A DNA stretch of 64,000 bases from an uncultured Anaerolineae bacterium (GCA_964603985.1 CAZRXG010000024.1:460-64459), one strand, 5' to 3'; counted from the stretch's first letter, positions 11,768-21,461 are shown. Numbers and translations: made by a program. Notes: generated from the sequence alone by a model not told the origin.

Positions 11768-12973
11768 ATGACAGACGAGTCACTCAGCATCTACACGCTG
11801 GCCGTCCTGGCCGGCTGCGAAGCGCCAACCGGCAGCGGCGCGCCTGCCGTGCCACCGCTCACGCCCTCCGTTGGCTTCATTCATCCCACCATGGAGGCAA
11901 CCGACCAGGCGCTGGCCGACGATACAGCAGGCTACATCTACGCCCGGCACGGCGGCCCCACCCAGGCCGCCTTTGAGGAGACCGTCGCCGGCCTGGAGGG
12001 CGCGCAGGCGGCAGTCGGCTTCAGCAGCGGTATGGCTGCCCTGCACGCCGCGATCCTGGCCCTCGTGCCGCCCGGCGGTGTGATCGTCGCCGCCGAGCAA
12101 CTCTACGGGGCGACGCGCTCCCTGCTTGAATGGCTCGCGGCCAGCATGCGTGTAACCGTCCACTACGCCGATTTCCTCGACCTCGAAGCCACCCGCCAGG
12201 TCATTACCCAGTCCGGCCCGACGGTTGTCATCTGCGAGGTGCTGACCAATCCCCTGGTCCGCGTCGTGCGGGTCGACCTCATTGCCGAGATGGCGCAAAT
12301 CGCCGAGGCCGCCCTGATCGTCGATAACACCTTCTCCACGCCCTTCCTGCTGCGCCCGCTTGAGCTGGGGGCCGATCTGGTTGTACACAGCACGACCAAG
12401 TTTCTCAACGGGCACGGCGACGTGCTGGGCGGCGTCGTCGTCGGGCGCACCGACCTGGTGCAGGTGGCGCGCAGCCACCGTAAGCTCCTGGGCGCGATGC
12501 CCGGCGCATTCGAGTCCTGGCTGGCGCTGCGCGGGCTGCGCACGCTGGCCGTCCGCATGAGTCACGCCTGCTTCAGTGCGCGCCAGATCGCCGCCTGGCT
12601 GGATGGGCAGCCGGGAGTCGGGCGGGTGTACTATCCCGGGCTTGAGCCGGACGAGCAGGCTCACGCCGCCGCCCGCGTACTTTTCCGCCGCAACTACTTT
12701 GGGGCTGTGATGGCCTTCCAGATCGAGGGGCTGGATCGAGAGGGCGCTTTCGCCTTCGTCGAGCGGCTCAAGATCATCCGGCCTGTCACCAGCCTGGGCG
12801 ATGTCAACAGCCTGATCTCTCACCCGGCCACATCCTCGCACCGCAGTCTGTCGCCGGAGGAGCGCGCCGCACAGGGCATCACCGAGGGGACGCTGCGCCT
12901 CTCGGTTGGCATCGAAGATCCCACCGACCTGATGGCCGATCTCAACCAGGCGCTCGGCATAACCCGCGATTGA
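11768..12973 (+). CDS. Cys/Met-metabolism PLP enzyme (cystathionine gamma-synthase / O-acylhomoserine sulfhydrylase / Met gamma-lyase family)
   Basis: PLP-lysine motif HSTTKFLNGHGD and C-terminal LRLSVGIED. ATG at 11768 preferred over the track start at 11711. Confidence 0.85.
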   Translation: MTDESLSIYTLAVLAGCEAPTGSGAPAVPPLTPSVGFIHPTMEATDQALADDTAGYIYARHGGPTQAAFEETVAGLEGAQAAVGFSSGMAALHAAILALVPPGGVIVAAEQLYGATRSLLEWLAASMRVTVHYADFLDLEATRQVITQSGPTVVICEVLTNPLVRVVRVDLIAEMAQIAEAALIVDNTFSTPFLLRPLELGADLVVHSTTKFLNGHGDVLGGVVVGRTDLVQVARSHRKLLGAMPGAFESWLALRGLRTLAVRMSHACFSARQIAAWLDGQPGVGRVYYPGLEPDEQAHAAARVLFRRNYFGAVMAFQIEGLDREGAFAFVERLKIIRPVTSLGDVNSLISHPATSSHRSLSPEERAAQGITEGTLRLSVGIEDPTDLMADLNQALGITRD

Positions 12974-13151
12974 CACCGGTTTGCCGTGAAGTGGCACATA
13001 TTCCGATCTGTCTGCGATCTCCTCCGCGACTGAACATCGCGGAGGAGGTTTCATAAAGCCCGGCATTGATGGGTTGTTTGTGACTCGACGCGCCCCCCGG
13101 CTGTGTCTTCCTTGAGTCAACAGGCAATGTGTCAGACCACCACGCTGCCCC

Positions 13152-13180
13152 TTGACTCCGGGCAAAAGACGGTCTACACT
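13152..13180 (+). promoter_or_regulatory. candidate promoter of the fadR-like operon
   Basis: TTGACT (13152-13157), 17-nt spacer, TACACT (13175-13180). Confidence 0.45.
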
Positions 13181-13187
13181 GGGAGTA

Positions 13188-13209
13188 ACTGGTCAGACCA
13201 CTGACCAGT
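13188..13209. promoter_or_regulatory. FadR/GntR-type operator palindrome
   Basis: ACTGGTCAG-ACCA-CTGACCAGT has perfect 9-bp arms and an inner TGGTcagACCA core. It lies just downstream of the -10 box and 26 nt before the fadR ATG. The half-site GTCAGACCAC recurs at 13131-13140. Confidence 0.55.
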
Positions 13210-13234
13210 ATGCAAGAAGTGATAGGAGCGACTC

Positions 13235-13954
13235 ATGAGCCAACTCCCCGACTGGTCTGCACCCGCCAAACCCGCCGAACTCACCTACAAACGCCTGACC
13301 GAAGCCATCCTGGACGGCTCATTCCCGGCTAACAGCACGCTGCCGGGCGAGCGTCAGCTTTCCGAGATGCTGGGGGTGACGCGTTCGACGCTGCGCGAGG
13401 GATTGCAGCGGCTGGCTGCCGAAGGCTGGCTGGAGATCCGGCACGGCAAGCCAACCCGCGTGTGCGATATCTGGATCGAGGGCAACCTCAACACGCTCTC
13501 CGCGCTGGTTGAGCATCATGCCGTCATGCCTGCCGTATTTATCCCGCAACTGCTTGAGGTGCGCCTGGCGCTCGCTCCTGCTTACACTCAGGCCGCCGTC
13601 ACGCACAACGCCGACGCCGTCGCGGCGGCCCTTGGCACGCTGACCGAGGATCTGCCTGACGATCCCGGCGCGTTTGCCCATGTGGACTGGTTGCTGCACC
13701 ACCGTCTGACCGTGCTGTCTACCAACCCGGTTTACACCCTGATCCTGAACGGCTTTGCGGGGTTCTACGAGCAGATGGCAGCCCTGTACTTCAGGCTGCC
13801 GGAGTCGAGGGCTTCCTCGCGCCGGTTCTACGCAGAATTGCAGGCGGCGGCTCTCTCCGGCGAGGCCGGAAAGGCTCGCCGGATCGTCAAACGTGTGATG
13901 CGCAGCAGCATTTCCCTGTGGGAGCAGGCTGCCCGGCAGTTCGGAGAGGTGTGA
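13235..13954 (+). CDS. fadR: FadR-type GntR family transcriptional regulator
   Basis: N-terminal wHTH (LPGERQLSEMLGVTRSTLREGLQRLAAEGWLEIRHGKPTRV) and the C-terminal block NPVYTLILNGFAGFYEQMAALYF parallel E. coli FadR ([56 protein letters not shown]), as I recall that sequence. Confidence 0.75.
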   Translation: MSQLPDWSAPAKPAELTYKRLTEAILDGSFPANSTLPGERQLSEMLGVTRSTLREGLQRLAAEGWLEIRHGKPTRVCDIWIEGNLNTLSALVEHHAVMPAVFIPQLLEVRLALAPAYTQAAVTHNADAVAAALGTLTEDLPDDPGAFAHVDWLLHHRLTVLSTNPVYTLILNGFAGFYEQMAALYFRLPESRASSRRFYAELQAAALSGEAGKARRIVKRVMRSSISLWEQAARQFGEV

Positions 13955-13969
13955 GGGGAGAAAGGAATC

Positions 13970-15586
13970 ATGCGGCGCTGGAATGGCTGGGGTGATGACA
14001 GCGTAACGTATCGCGTCCCGGAGAACGCCCTGGTCTGGCTGAGGGAGGAGGTCGGCGAGGCCGCCTCGCCCCGTGACGTTTCTCTGGCCGACCTGGCCCG
14101 CGCCGTCCCCCCTTCGGAGCTTCCCGGCCATCCCCTGGTACGCGTTGATCCAGAAGACCGTATCCGGCACGCGCGCGGGCAGTCACTGCCTGACTGGGTC
14201 GCCATGCGCAGCGGGCAGGTCGCCAGGTTCACCGATGGTGTTGCCTATCCTGAAGGTGATGACGACCTGGCGGACCTGTTTGCCTACGCCAGCCGCTGCG
14301 GGGCGGTGCTGATCCCCTACGGCGGCGGCACCAGCGTCGTCGGTGGGATCAACCCGGAACCCGGTGGCTCACCGGCGCTCACGGTCGACCTCTCGCGGAT
14401 GAGCCACTTCCTTCACCTGGACGAAAAAAGCCGCCTGGCAACCTTCGGGGCAGGCATCGGGGGGCCAAATCTGGAGGCTGCCCTGCGCACGCACGGCTAC
14501 ACGCTGGGGCACTTTCCCCAATCTTTCGAGCTGTCGACTCTCGGCGGCTGGATCGCCGCCCGGTCAAGCGGGCAGCAGTCGCTGCACTACGGGCGGATCG
14601 AGCACCTCTTCGCCGGTGGGCGGTTGGTGACACCCACCGGCACGCTGGCGATGAACCCCTACCCCGCCAGCGCTGCCGGGCCGGACCTGCGCCAGCTCGT
14701 GCTCGGCTCGGAGGGCCGTCTGGGGGTCGTCAGCCGGGCGACGGTTCGCATCTCGCCGCTGCCGGAGCGCGAGGAGTTTCACGGGATCTTCTTCCCCGGT
14801 TGGGGGGCGGGCGTCGAAGCCGTCCGGGCGATGGCCCAGGCCCGGCTGCCGCTTTCGATGCTCCGTCTGAGCAACGCGGCAGAGACCGAGGCCAACCTCA
14901 CGTTGGCCGGACACGAGGATCTGGTCAGCTTCGCCCACACCGGCCTGGACTTAATCGGCTACCGGCGCGGCGAGAAGTGTATGCTGCTGCTGGGCACAAC
15001 CGGCGACGCGGCCACCGTTCGCCGCGCGCGGCGGCACGCCATCCGGATTGCCCGTAAGCACGGCGGGCTTCACACCGGGCAGTACATGGGCAAGACGTGG
15101 GCCAGGAGCCGCTTCACGACCCCATATCTACGCAACACACTGTGGGAGCACGGCTACGCCATCGACACACTGGAAACCATCGTCCCCTGGTCGGATGTGC
15201 TTCTCACCGCCGAGGCGATCATCCACGCCATCGAAGAGGCGCTGGCGGGCACCGGTGAGAAGGTATTTGTGTTCGCCCATCTCTCGCACGTCTACCCCAC
15301 CGGCTCCAGCATCTACGTCACTTTCATCTTCCGCGTGCTGCCCGACCCGGATCGGCAGCTTGAATACTGGGGCCGCATGAAGCACGCCGCCAGTCAGGCG
15401 GTTGTGGCTCACGGAGGGACGATCAGCCACCAGCATGGCGTGGGCGTCGATCATGCCCCGTACCTGGAGGCGGAAAAGGGTGAGTTGGGCATTAAGCTGA
15501 TTATCGATGCAATGCGGTGCTGTGACCCGGACGGCATCCTCAATCCGGGCAAACTGGTGCGCGCCGCCGAATTGGAAGAGGTATAG
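13970..15586 (+). CDS. FAD-linked oxidase, alkyl-DHAP synthase (AGPS)-like
   Basis: N-terminal RWNGWG motif, FAD-binding LIPYGGGTSVVGG, and C-terminal SHQHGVG aligned to the AGPS SHHHGVG loop. Confidence 0.8.
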   Translation: MRRWNGWGDDSVTYRVPENALVWLREEVGEAASPRDVSLADLARAVPPSELPGHPLVRVDPEDRIRHARGQSLPDWVAMRSGQVARFTDGVAYPEGDDDLADLFAYASRCGAVLIPYGGGTSVVGGINPEPGGSPALTVDLSRMSHFLHLDEKSRLATFGAGIGGPNLEAALRTHGYTLGHFPQSFELSTLGGWIAARSSGQQSLHYGRIEHLFAGGRLVTPTGTLAMNPYPASAAGPDLRQLVLGSEGRLGVVSRATVRISPLPEREEFHGIFFPGWGAGVEAVRAMAQARLPLSMLRLSNAAETEANLTLAGHEDLVSFAHTGLDLIGYRRGEKCMLLLGTTGDAATVRRARRHAIRIARKHGGLHTGQYMGKTWARSRFTTPYLRNTLWEHGYAIDTLETIVPWSDVLLTAEAIIHAIEEALAGTGEKVFVFAHLSHVYPTGSSIYVTFIFRVLPDPDRQLEYWGRMKHAASQAVVAHGGTISHQHGVGVDHAPYLEAEKGELGIKLIIDAMRCCDPDGILNPGKLVRAAELEEV

Positions 15587-15598
15587 GGAGTGTGTGAC

Positions 15599-17221
15599 AT
15601 GTTGTACGGCACACCTGACCGCGAGACGGCCTGGAGCTGTCTGTCCGACCACCGGGATCTGATCGTCGTCGGGGGCGGGATCACCGGCGCGGGAATCCTG
15701 CGCGAGGCCGTGCGCGTCGGCCTGAACGTGCTGCTGCTTGAGCAGAACGACTTTGCGTCGGGCACGTCCAGCCGCTCGTCCAAGCTGGTGCACGGCGGCC
15801 TGCGCTACCTGGGGAACTTCCAGTTCCGGCTGACGTGGCAGGCCGTCCACGAGCGCGAGACGCTGCTCGAAGAGGGCATCGGTCTGATCGAGCCGCTGCC
15901 TTTCCTGTATCCCACCTACGACACCGACAGGTTGTCCGGCTGGATGGTCGAGGCCGGTCTGTACATGTCCGCCTGGATGAGCGGCCGCTGGCGCGCCCAC
16001 CAGACGTATGACCGCCACGAAGTGCGCATGATGTCGCCCGGCCTGGCGGACGACCACCTGACGGGCGGCCTGCGCTTTTACGACGCGCAGACCGACGACG
16101 CGCGCCTGGTGCTGCGTGTCATCCGCGAGGGTGTGAAGACCGGTCACGCGGTCGCCATTAACCACGCTCGCGTCGAGGGCCTGCTGCGCGACAGGATCGG
16201 GCGGGTAAAGGGCGTCGTCGTGCGCGACCGCAACACCGACCGCGTGTACGAGGCGCGCGCCGCCGCCGTGGTCAACGCCACCGGTGCCTGGGCCGACCGG
16301 CTGCGTGGAAAGGTCGGCGCGGTGCGGCGCATCCGCCCGCTGCGCGGCAGCCACCTGCTCTTTCGCCAGGACCGCTTCCCTGTCTACCAGGCCATCTCCT
16401 TCCCTCACCCCGACGATGAGCGGCCTGTCTATGCCTTCCCCTGGGAGGGCGTCACGCTGCTCGGCACGACCGACCTCGACCACCCCTACGACCTCGACCG
16501 GGAACCGGCTATCACGCCCGAAGAGGTCGCCTACCTGCTGCACGCCGCGCAGGATCACTTCCCCCGTCTGGCGCTCACGGCAGACGACGTGCTCTCGACC
16601 TTCTCCGGCGTCCGCGCCGTGATCGGCAGTGGACAGGAGGTTGACCCTTCCAAGGAAAGCCGCGAGCACGCCATATGGAACGAGAACGGCCTGCTGACCG
16701 TCACCGGCGGCAAGCTGACCACCTTCCGCTGCATGGCGCTCGACGCGCTCAGGGCGCTGCGGCGGCAGCTTCCCCGCATGGCCCCGGTTGACGACCACCT
16801 GAACGCCCTCGACCCCACCCCGCCCGTCGTGGAGCCGCCGCCCGGCCTGGCCCGCGACGAAGTGCTGCGCCTGGCCGCCCGCTACGGGGCCGGTATCCTT
16901 GATTTCGCTGCCCGGGTTCCCGAAGACGAGCGTGAGCGCGTCGACGGGCTACCGGTTCACTGGTTCGAGTTTCGCTGGGCGGCCCGCCACGAGTCTGTCA
17001 TCCACCTCGACGATCTGCTGCTGCGCCGCGTGCGGATCGGCCTGCTGGCACCCAACGGCGGCAAGAAGCACCTGCCGCGCGTCCGTCACCTGGTTCAGGC
17101 GGAGCTTGGCTGGGACGATACCCGCTGGGAGCAGGAAGTGGTAAACTATCTCACCTGCTGGCGGATGCACTACAGCACGCCGGTGGACGTCCGCCCCCCC
17201 AGAGCCGCCGCCGTAGCATAA
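15599..17221 (+). CDS. glpD: FAD-dependent glycerol-3-phosphate dehydrogenase
   Basis: VVGGGITGAGILREA dinucleotide fold and SSRSSKLVHGGLRYL signature. ATG at 15599 has a GGGAG SD 8 nt upstream; the track start is a GTG at 15590. Confidence 0.85.
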   Translation: MLYGTPDRETAWSCLSDHRDLIVVGGGITGAGILREAVRVGLNVLLLEQNDFASGTSSRSSKLVHGGLRYLGNFQFRLTWQAVHERETLLEEGIGLIEPLPFLYPTYDTDRLSGWMVEAGLYMSAWMSGRWRAHQTYDRHEVRMMSPGLADDHLTGGLRFYDAQTDDARLVLRVIREGVKTGHAVAINHARVEGLLRDRIGRVKGVVVRDRNTDRVYEARAAAVVNATGAWADRLRGKVGAVRRIRPLRGSHLLFRQDRFPVYQAISFPHPDDERPVYAFPWEGVTLLGTTDLDHPYDLDREPAITPEEVAYLLHAAQDHFPRLALTADDVLSTFSGVRAVIGSGQEVDPSKESREHAIWNENGLLTVTGGKLTTFRCMALDALRALRRQLPRMAPVDDHLNALDPTPPVVEPPPGLARDEVLRLAARYGAGILDFAARVPEDERERVDGLPVHWFEFRWAARHESVIHLDDLLLRRVRIGLLAPNGGKKHLPRVRHLVQAELGWDDTRWEQEVVNYLTCWRMHYSTPVDVRPPRAAAVA

Positions 17222-17238
17222 GCTACCCGTTTGCACAG

Positions 17239-17271
17239 GAGGGGCAGTTTGAGATGGACTGTCCCTCTTTT
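17239..17271 (+). terminator. intra-operon hairpin plus U-run (partial terminator/attenuator)
   Basis: GAGGGGCAG (17239-17247) pairs with CTGTCCCTC (17259-17267) including one G-U pair, followed by TTTT. Lies between glpD and the FGGY kinase. Confidence 0.4.
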
Positions 17272-17292
17272 GCGATCCAGATCGGAGGGTGA

Positions 17293-18879
17293 ATGACCGG
17301 GGACATTCTGCTCGTGATCGACAACGGCACCCAAAGCGTGCGTGCCCTGTTGTTCGACCCGCGTGGGGAACTGCTGGGCCGCTCGCAGATCACCATCGAG
17401 CCGTATGTCTCCCCCCGCCCCGGTTGGGCGGAGCAAGATCCGGAGCTTTACTGGGGCGCGCTGTGCCGGGCCTGCCACCAACTCTGGGAGAGCACCGACA
17501 TCCCACGCGACGCGATAGCCGGGGTGGGCGTCACCACCCAGCGATCCACCGTCATCAACCTCGACCGCAGCGGGAAGCCCCTACGCCCGGCCATTGTCTG
17601 GCTCGATCAGCGCCGCACCGAAGGTCTCAGACCGGTCGGCGGGCTGTGGGGCCTGCTCTTCGCGCTGGCAGGCGAGCGCGAGACGGTGGCCTACCTCCAG
17701 GCCGAGGCTGAAGCCAACTGGATCATGACCCACCAGCCGGAGATATGGGCACAAACCCACAAGTACCTCTTCCTGTCCGGCTACCTGACCCACTGCCTGA
17801 CCGGGCGGCTGGTCGATTCGGTCGGCTGCCAAGTGGGATACGTGCCGTTTGATTACAAGGCCGGAGCTTGGGCCAGGCCCGGCAACTGGAAGTGGCAGGC
17901 CGTTCCCATACAGCCGGAAAAGCTCCCCGACCTGGTGCCCCCGGCTCAACCGCTGGGCGAGATCACCGCCCAGGCCAGCGCCGCGACGGGCATCCCCGCC
18001 GGGCTACCGCTGATCGCTGCTGCCGCCGACAAAGCCTGCGAGGTGATCGGGGCGGGCGCGCTGATGCCGCACATCGGCTGCCTGAGCTACGGCACCACCG
18101 CTACCATCAACACCACTCACAGGCGCTACGTCGAGGTCATTCCCCTCATCCCGCCCTATCCCTCCGCTGTCCCCGACGCCTACAGCCTGGAGGTCCAGGT
18201 GTATCGCGGCTTCTGGATGGTAAGCTGGTTCAAAAAAGAGTTCGGCCTGCTGGAGCAGATGCTCGCCGAGGAGCGGGGCGTGCAGGTCGAGCAACTGTTT
18301 GACGATCTGGTCGAGGATGTGCCGCCCGGCTCGATGGGCCTGGTGCTCCAGCCCTACTGGTCGCCGGGCCTGCGGGTGCCCGGCCCGGAGGCCAAGGGTG
18401 CCGTCATCGGCTGGGGCGACGTGCACACCCGCGCCCACTTCTACCGTGCCATCCTCGAAGGGCTGGCCTACGCCCTGCGTGAAGGCAAGGAGCGCACCGA
18501 GCGGCGCAGCCGTGTGCCGATCACCGAGTTGCGTGTTGCGGGCGGCGGCTCGCAGAGCGATGTGGCACTCCAGATCGCAGCCGACGTGTTCGGCCTGCCT
18601 GCCTCGCGCCCGCACACCTACGAGGCGTCGGGGCTGGGCGCGGCGATTGACGTGGCCGTCGGTCTCGGCCTGCACCCCGACTTCGAGACTGCCGTCGCCG
18701 GGATGACCCGCATTGGCCGGACGTTTGAGCCGGACCCGGCTGTGCACCGCGTCTACGACGATCTATACCAGGGCGTCTATAAGCGTATGTACCGCCAGCT
18801 TCGCCCGCTCTACGAGGCGATCCGCGAGGTCACGGACTATCCGCCCGGCCGCCTGGCCGTCAGGCAGCCGCCGGGGTAA
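17293..18879 (+). CDS. FGGY-family carbohydrate/polyol kinase
   Basis: 528 aa. N-terminal [16 protein letters not shown] and C-terminal GGGSQSD motifs of the FGGY kinase fold. Confidence 0.85.
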   Translation: MTGDILLVIDNGTQSVRALLFDPRGELLGRSQITIEPYVSPRPGWAEQDPELYWGALCRACHQLWESTDIPRDAIAGVGVTTQRSTVINLDRSGKPLRPAIVWLDQRRTEGLRPVGGLWGLLFALAGERETVAYLQAEAEANWIMTHQPEIWAQTHKYLFLSGYLTHCLTGRLVDSVGCQVGYVPFDYKAGAWARPGNWKWQAVPIQPEKLPDLVPPAQPLGEITAQASAATGIPAGLPLIAAAADKACEVIGAGALMPHIGCLSYGTTATINTTHRRYVEVIPLIPPYPSAVPDAYSLEVQVYRGFWMVSWFKKEFGLLEQMLAEERGVQVEQLFDDLVEDVPPGSMGLVLQPYWSPGLRVPGPEAKGAVIGWGDVHTRAHFYRAILEGLAYALREGKERTERRSRVPITELRVAGGGSQSDVALQIAADVFGLPASRPHTYEASGLGAAIDVAVGLGLHPDFETAVAGMTRIGRTFEPDPAVHRVYDDLYQGVYKRMYRQLRPLYEAIREVTDYPPGRLAVRQPPG

Positions 18880-19021
18880 AATGCGCGCCTCTCATGCAAC
18901 GGCCATTTGGCTTGTGCATCAAATCGACTAAACTCATACCGATTCCCTGGGAGCCGCGACGCCCGGTCGCGGTGGCCCATGAATACAACATCGGAGCTAA
19001 TCATTGCAGGAGGAGACAGAC

Positions 19022-19948
19022 ATGCGTATCGCGGTAATGGGGACCGGCGGCGTCGGCGGATACTTCGGCGGCCTGCTGGCACGGGCGGGCGAGGATGTGA
19101 CGTTCATCGCGCGCGGTGAGCACCTGCGGGCCATCCAGACGGACGGGCTGCGCGTCGAGAGCGTGCACGGTGATTTCACGGTCAGGCCCGCGCAGGCAAC
19201 CGACGACCCATCGACGGTCGGGCCGGTCGACCTGGTGCTGTTCGCAACCAAGACCTACCAGATCGAGGAGGCAACCGAGGCAATGCGCCCCTTGATCGGG
19301 CCTGAGACGGTCGTCTTGCCGCTACAAAACGGCGTCGACGCCTCTGAACGCGTGGCGGCCATCCTGGGACCTGAGCACGTCCTGGGGGGCGTGTGTTATA
19401 TCGTGAGCGCCATCGCCGGGCCGGGCGTAATTCAGCAGAGGAGTGAATTTCGGAGCATCGCCCTGGGTGAACTGGATGGGCAGGTCACACCCAGGGTAGA
19501 GGCCATCACCGCCACGCTCAAGCGAACCGGCGCCCCCGTCGAGCTGTCAACCGCGATCAACAAGGTGCGCTGGACAAAGTTCCTTTTCATAGCCTCGTAC
19601 AGTGGCATGGGAGCGGTGACGCGTGCTCTGGCCGGTGAACTGATGGCCTGCGCCGAGTCGCGCCAGATGTTAGAGCGTTCCATGCGCGAGATCGAGGCGC
19701 TGGCTGCGGCCAGTGGCGTCCGGCTAGGCGACGATGCCGTGCCGGAGGCGATGGCCTTCTGCGATAACCTTGCCCCGGACGCAACCGCCTCGATGCAGCG
19801 CGACATCATGGAGGGCAGACCCTCGGAACTGGAGGCGCAAAACGGATTCGTGATGCGAAAAGGAGCGGAGCTGGGGGTACCGGTGCCGGTGAACACCTTT
19901 ATCTACAGCGTGCTGCTTCCCCAGGAGCACCGTGCACGGGCAGGCTGA
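19022..19948 (+). CDS. panE: 2-dehydropantoate 2-reductase (ApbA/PanE family)
   Basis: MRIAVMGTGGVGGYFGG Rossmann N-terminus and the family C-terminal domain (SMQRDIMEGRPSELE). ATG at 19022 is preceded by AGGAGGAG. Confidence 0.8.
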   Translation: MRIAVMGTGGVGGYFGGLLARAGEDVTFIARGEHLRAIQTDGLRVESVHGDFTVRPAQATDDPSTVGPVDLVLFATKTYQIEEATEAMRPLIGPETVVLPLQNGVDASERVAAILGPEHVLGGVCYIVSAIAGPGVIQQRSEFRSIALGELDGQVTPRVEAITATLKRTGAPVELSTAINKVRWTKFLFIASYSGMGAVTRALAGELMACAESRQMLERSMREIEALAAASGVRLGDDAVPEAMAFCDNLAPDATASMQRDIMEGRPSELEAQNGFVMRKGAELGVPVPVNTFIYSVLLPQEHRARAG

Positions 19949-19965
19949 TCTCCTGCCTCGACGGT

Positions 19966-20292
19966 TTAGCCTACCAGATCCGTGAGATCCTTTTCCCGCA
20001 GCATGCGGCGTTTCCAGCTCTCCAGCAGGGGAACGACGAAGGGCAGCAGGCGCATCGAGTAGTAGGGTGGTAAAATCGGAATGCCGAGCAGGTCGCCGAA
20101 GCTGATCAATACGAAGAGGTGCTCCCGGTCGGCCCGTTCGCGGCGCAGGGTCATATACATCTCGTAGTAGGTCACACCGAAGATGAACCCCCGCAGCCAG
20201 GAGACAAAGTGCTCCCACGCGCGCCGCAGGTGGGAAATGAGCGTTGTGCCGTCAGATTGCTCAGCCTGGTCGGTCATGATATCTACTACCAC
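19966..20292 (-). CDS. small conserved protein P1 (paralog of 23601-23912), unknown family
   Basis: 108 aa. Its C-terminal 52 residues are about 75% identical to P2 (EHLFVLISFGDLLGIPILPPYYSMRLLPFVVPLLESWKRRMLREKDLTD). Confidence 0.6.
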   Translation of the reverse strand: MVVDIMTDQAEQSDGTTLISHLRRAWEHFVSWLRGFIFGVTYYEMYMTLRRERADREHLFVLISFGDLLGIPILPPYYSMRLLPFVVPLLESWKRRMLREKDLTDLVG

Positions 20293-20310
20293 TCCTTTGG
20301 AGAGAACCCG

Positions 20311-20976
20311 ATGACACCCAGTTCACAAAGAATCCTGATTGGGCTGATCGTTTTCCTGGCCGTATGGTACGTGGTCGCCTCATTCTTCAACCGGCGGCGC
20401 GGCATCACCGTCTTTCACTGGCTGCGAAATGGCCTGGATCGCCTGGGCGGCGAAACGGCTGCCCGCTGGATCGGCTCGTCCGGATCGGGCGCTCGAATCC
20501 AGGTGCGCAAGGCCGAGCCGCCCTTCCGCGATCTCGAGATTATCTACCTGCTGGCCTCCCGCGAACTGCTGCCCCTGTTTCTCGCCGACCTGCTGCGCGG
20601 CAAACGCGACCGGGTGATCGTCAGAGCCCGGCTACGATCTGCCCCTCAGGCCGAGCTTGAGGTCGCCCCACCCAGAAGCAAGGCGGCCCGCCAGATGCAA
20701 GCCGAGAAGGATCGGCCCTGGAGCATCGAAGGCGGGCCCCGAGATCTGCTGGTGGGTGCCCGTGGCCGGGATGCCGACACACTGCGCGCGGCACTCACTC
20801 CTCTACTTGAGAAGTATGAGACGCACGTCCAGAGCATCTCGTGGAGCAGAGAAGCTCCCCACCTGATCCTCATCCTCTCGCTGGCCGGGCTTTACGAGAG
20901 GGGAGGGAATGCCGCTGAGTTGTACGACGATCTGGCGGCAGTTGCCACTGCAGCAGGTCAGGGCAGCCGATCCTAG
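20311..20976 (+). CDS. hypothetical N-terminally membrane-anchored protein
   Basis: ATG at 20311 with a GGAGAG SD. TM helix ILIGLIVFLAVWYVVASFF. No recognisable domain. The upstream part of the track ORF (from 20119) is antisense to P1. Confidence 0.5.
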   Translation: MTPSSQRILIGLIVFLAVWYVVASFFNRRRGITVFHWLRNGLDRLGGETAARWIGSSGSGARIQVRKAEPPFRDLEIIYLLASRELLPLFLADLLRGKRDRVIVRARLRSAPQAELEVAPPRSKAARQMQAEKDRPWSIEGGPRDLLVGARGRDADTLRAALTPLLEKYETHVQSISWSREAPHLILILSLAGLYERGGNAAELYDDLAAVATAAGQGSRS

Positions 20977-21461
20977 TGGCACCACCACTCCGGTACCACG
21001 CGCAGCACTTCCTCGAAGCCTTCGGGGGGACAGCGCCCGCTTAGTTCCAACCGGATGCGGCGGTCGCTCTGCTCGCAGTTATACGTTACCTCAACAAACG
21101 AGATCGTCTTGGGCCGGAACAGCCCACGCCGCCGCTGCCAGCGACGCACCTGCGCGGGATGGCCGTGCACCTCAAGCGTCTCTCCGCCCCCAGGGGGCTT
21201 GAGCTTGCGTCGTCGTTGTGGGCTGCTCTCCAGCAGCAGTTCCACAGCCCATCCTTGCTCCCGGTGGTAGAGTACGTACCACGCTCTCCCACAGGCGACC
21301 AGTTTGCGGTTGCAGCGCTCGTGCGTGGCCGCGATCTCCGGGCGACTGAGGCCAGGAGCAAGGTCCCAGCTTTCAGGCAGCCGCAACGTGATGAAGTGCG
21401 CCTGCCCATAGAGCACGTTTCTGATGGCGATATCGTGCCGTACCAGCTTGTCGTCGCACAT
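20973..21461 (-). CDS. hypothetical Cys-containing protein, last gene of the ArsA-like operon
   Basis: 162 aa. Starts 15 nt downstream of the ArsA-like gene stop. No recognisable motif. Confidence 0.5.
   Translation of the reverse strand: MCDDKLVRHDIAIRNVLYGQAHFITLRLPESWDLAPGLSRPEIAATHERCNRKLVACGRAWYVLYHREQGWAVELLLESSPQRRRKLKPPGGGETLEVHGHPAQVRRWQRRRGLFRPKTISFVEVTYNCEQSDRRIRLELSGRCPPEGFEEVLRVVPEWWCH

Noticed and set aside
15128-16798. 556-aa minus-strand ORF.
   Set aside because: It is antisense to glpD and the 3' end of the AGPS-like gene. Low-complexity, G/A/R/V-rich translation; a high-GC artefact.
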